NCBI GenBank assembly: GCA_038496445.1
Contig: JALMLS010000420.1
Coordinates: forward strand, 372,001 to 436,000
Source: Trichosphaerium sp. ATCC 40318
Lineage: Eukaryota; Protista; Tubulinea
Direction: 5' to 3'
Length of the DNA stretch: 64,000 nucleotides
The translations under genes were made by a program, and so were the position numbers. Shown piece by piece: positions 63,401 to 64,000 of the stretch. The notes under the pieces were generated by a model. It ran no database searches, had not been told where the DNA came from, and worked only from the letters and a program-made list of their open reading frames with translations. The stretch's first letter is position 1, and the number at the start of each line of letters is the position of its first letter.

Positions 63401-64000
63401 ATTTACAATGTTTCCTAAGTGTGTCATTATCTTGCGCTAAGATAGAAAGTGCACACAATGCTGTGCGCTGAAATACCTCTATTTTGAGAGTACACGTAAT
63501 TGATCCCTGCTACAAGCATTTCCTAGGTACGTCAGGTGACTGTAGATCGCTCCTTTTATTATTTTTCGTACCTTTCCTACGCCACCTACAATATGGCACG
63601 TTTCATAAGCCTCAATGTTATTGAATTTATCATGGAGCGCAAAGAGGGCATCCTATAGGTTGGTGAGTTTTTTTTGAAAAGTAGTCATTGTTCACGTGCG
63701 CGAAAAGGGCATCGTAAGCCCGAGCAGGAGCTAGTTTTAGTGTAGACGCCTTGTAATGAATATTCGTAAGGTATACGATATGATTGAGGTTCAACAAACA
63801 TTTCTTCATTTTGGTTCCAATAAGCAGATAGAAGTGGTAACGAAGTTCCTAATTTGTAATGACCACGTGTTTTTGGGCAAAAAAATAGTTCACTTACTCG
63901 CTGTATCTATTACGCAATTTGGCGTCGTGCGCGAACAATCGGTACCCTCATGGCAAGGAAAGCATTCGCACTCGTTTGTATCTGGGAAAATATAGCCTTT
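60450..64000 (-). CDS. Tandem alliinase / TAA1-TAR-like PLP enzyme (EGF + PLP domain) x2, 5'-truncated by window end
   Basis: EGF units CECFPCHEGTDCS and CTCYPCYTQTDCS. Unit 2: YLVLGTGARQL, PYYSAY, TTPNNPTG, DHAYYWP, FTKMTGHA..RFGWA, YRINL. Unit 1 is homologous but degenerate. The units are joined by a phase-0 intron at about 62360-62405. Confidence 0.85.

Noticed and set aside
1-64000. Prokaryotic or viral origin, CRISPR arrays, transposons, tRNA/rRNA, reassigned stop codons
   Set aside because: The bacterial-type genes all contain spliceosomal introns. I recognised no spaced repeats, terminal inverted repeats, transposase or RNA genes. TAA, TAG and TGA all serve as ordinary stops elsewhere in the window.
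1-64000. Frequent CACGTG and TGAC motifs as regulatory sites
   Set aside because: They occur in introns and exons as well as promoters, and enrichment cannot be shown without counting.

Overview
This is eukaryotic nuclear DNA: AT-rich, gene-dense, standard genetic code, with many short (about 35-120 nt) spliceosomal introns. The ORF track therefore shows only exon fragments, and I spliced the gene models by eye. The organism is probably a free-living aerobic protist (inference). About 25 genes are supportable. Several are surface proteins with Pro/Thr stalks that carry bacterial-type domains (DNRLRE, Big_9, LTD-CotH, YHS, FG-GAP). Others include a glutamate carboxypeptidase II, an ASCH protein, a TTLL ligase, an Spg1/Tem1 GTPase, a Nudix hydrolase, ATP synthase delta, a MORN protein, an acyltransferase and an AAC4-like protein. 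Highlights: (1) a selenoprotein gene missing from the ORF track, AhpC/TSA-like with an in-frame TGA in a UxxC motif and a SECIS element in its 3' UTR; (2) an intron-rich fusion of the two bacterial arsenosugar-associated glycosyltransferases TIGR04282 and TIGR04283; (3) a single-chain RWD-like/pseudo-E2/UFD1/UBX protein; (4) a tandem alliinase/TAA1-like protein with one degenerate and one intact PLP site; (5) an isthmin-type AMOP domain fused to bacterial domains. I recognised no rRNA, tRNA, CRISPR array or intact mobile element. Family assignments come from motif recognition, not database searches.
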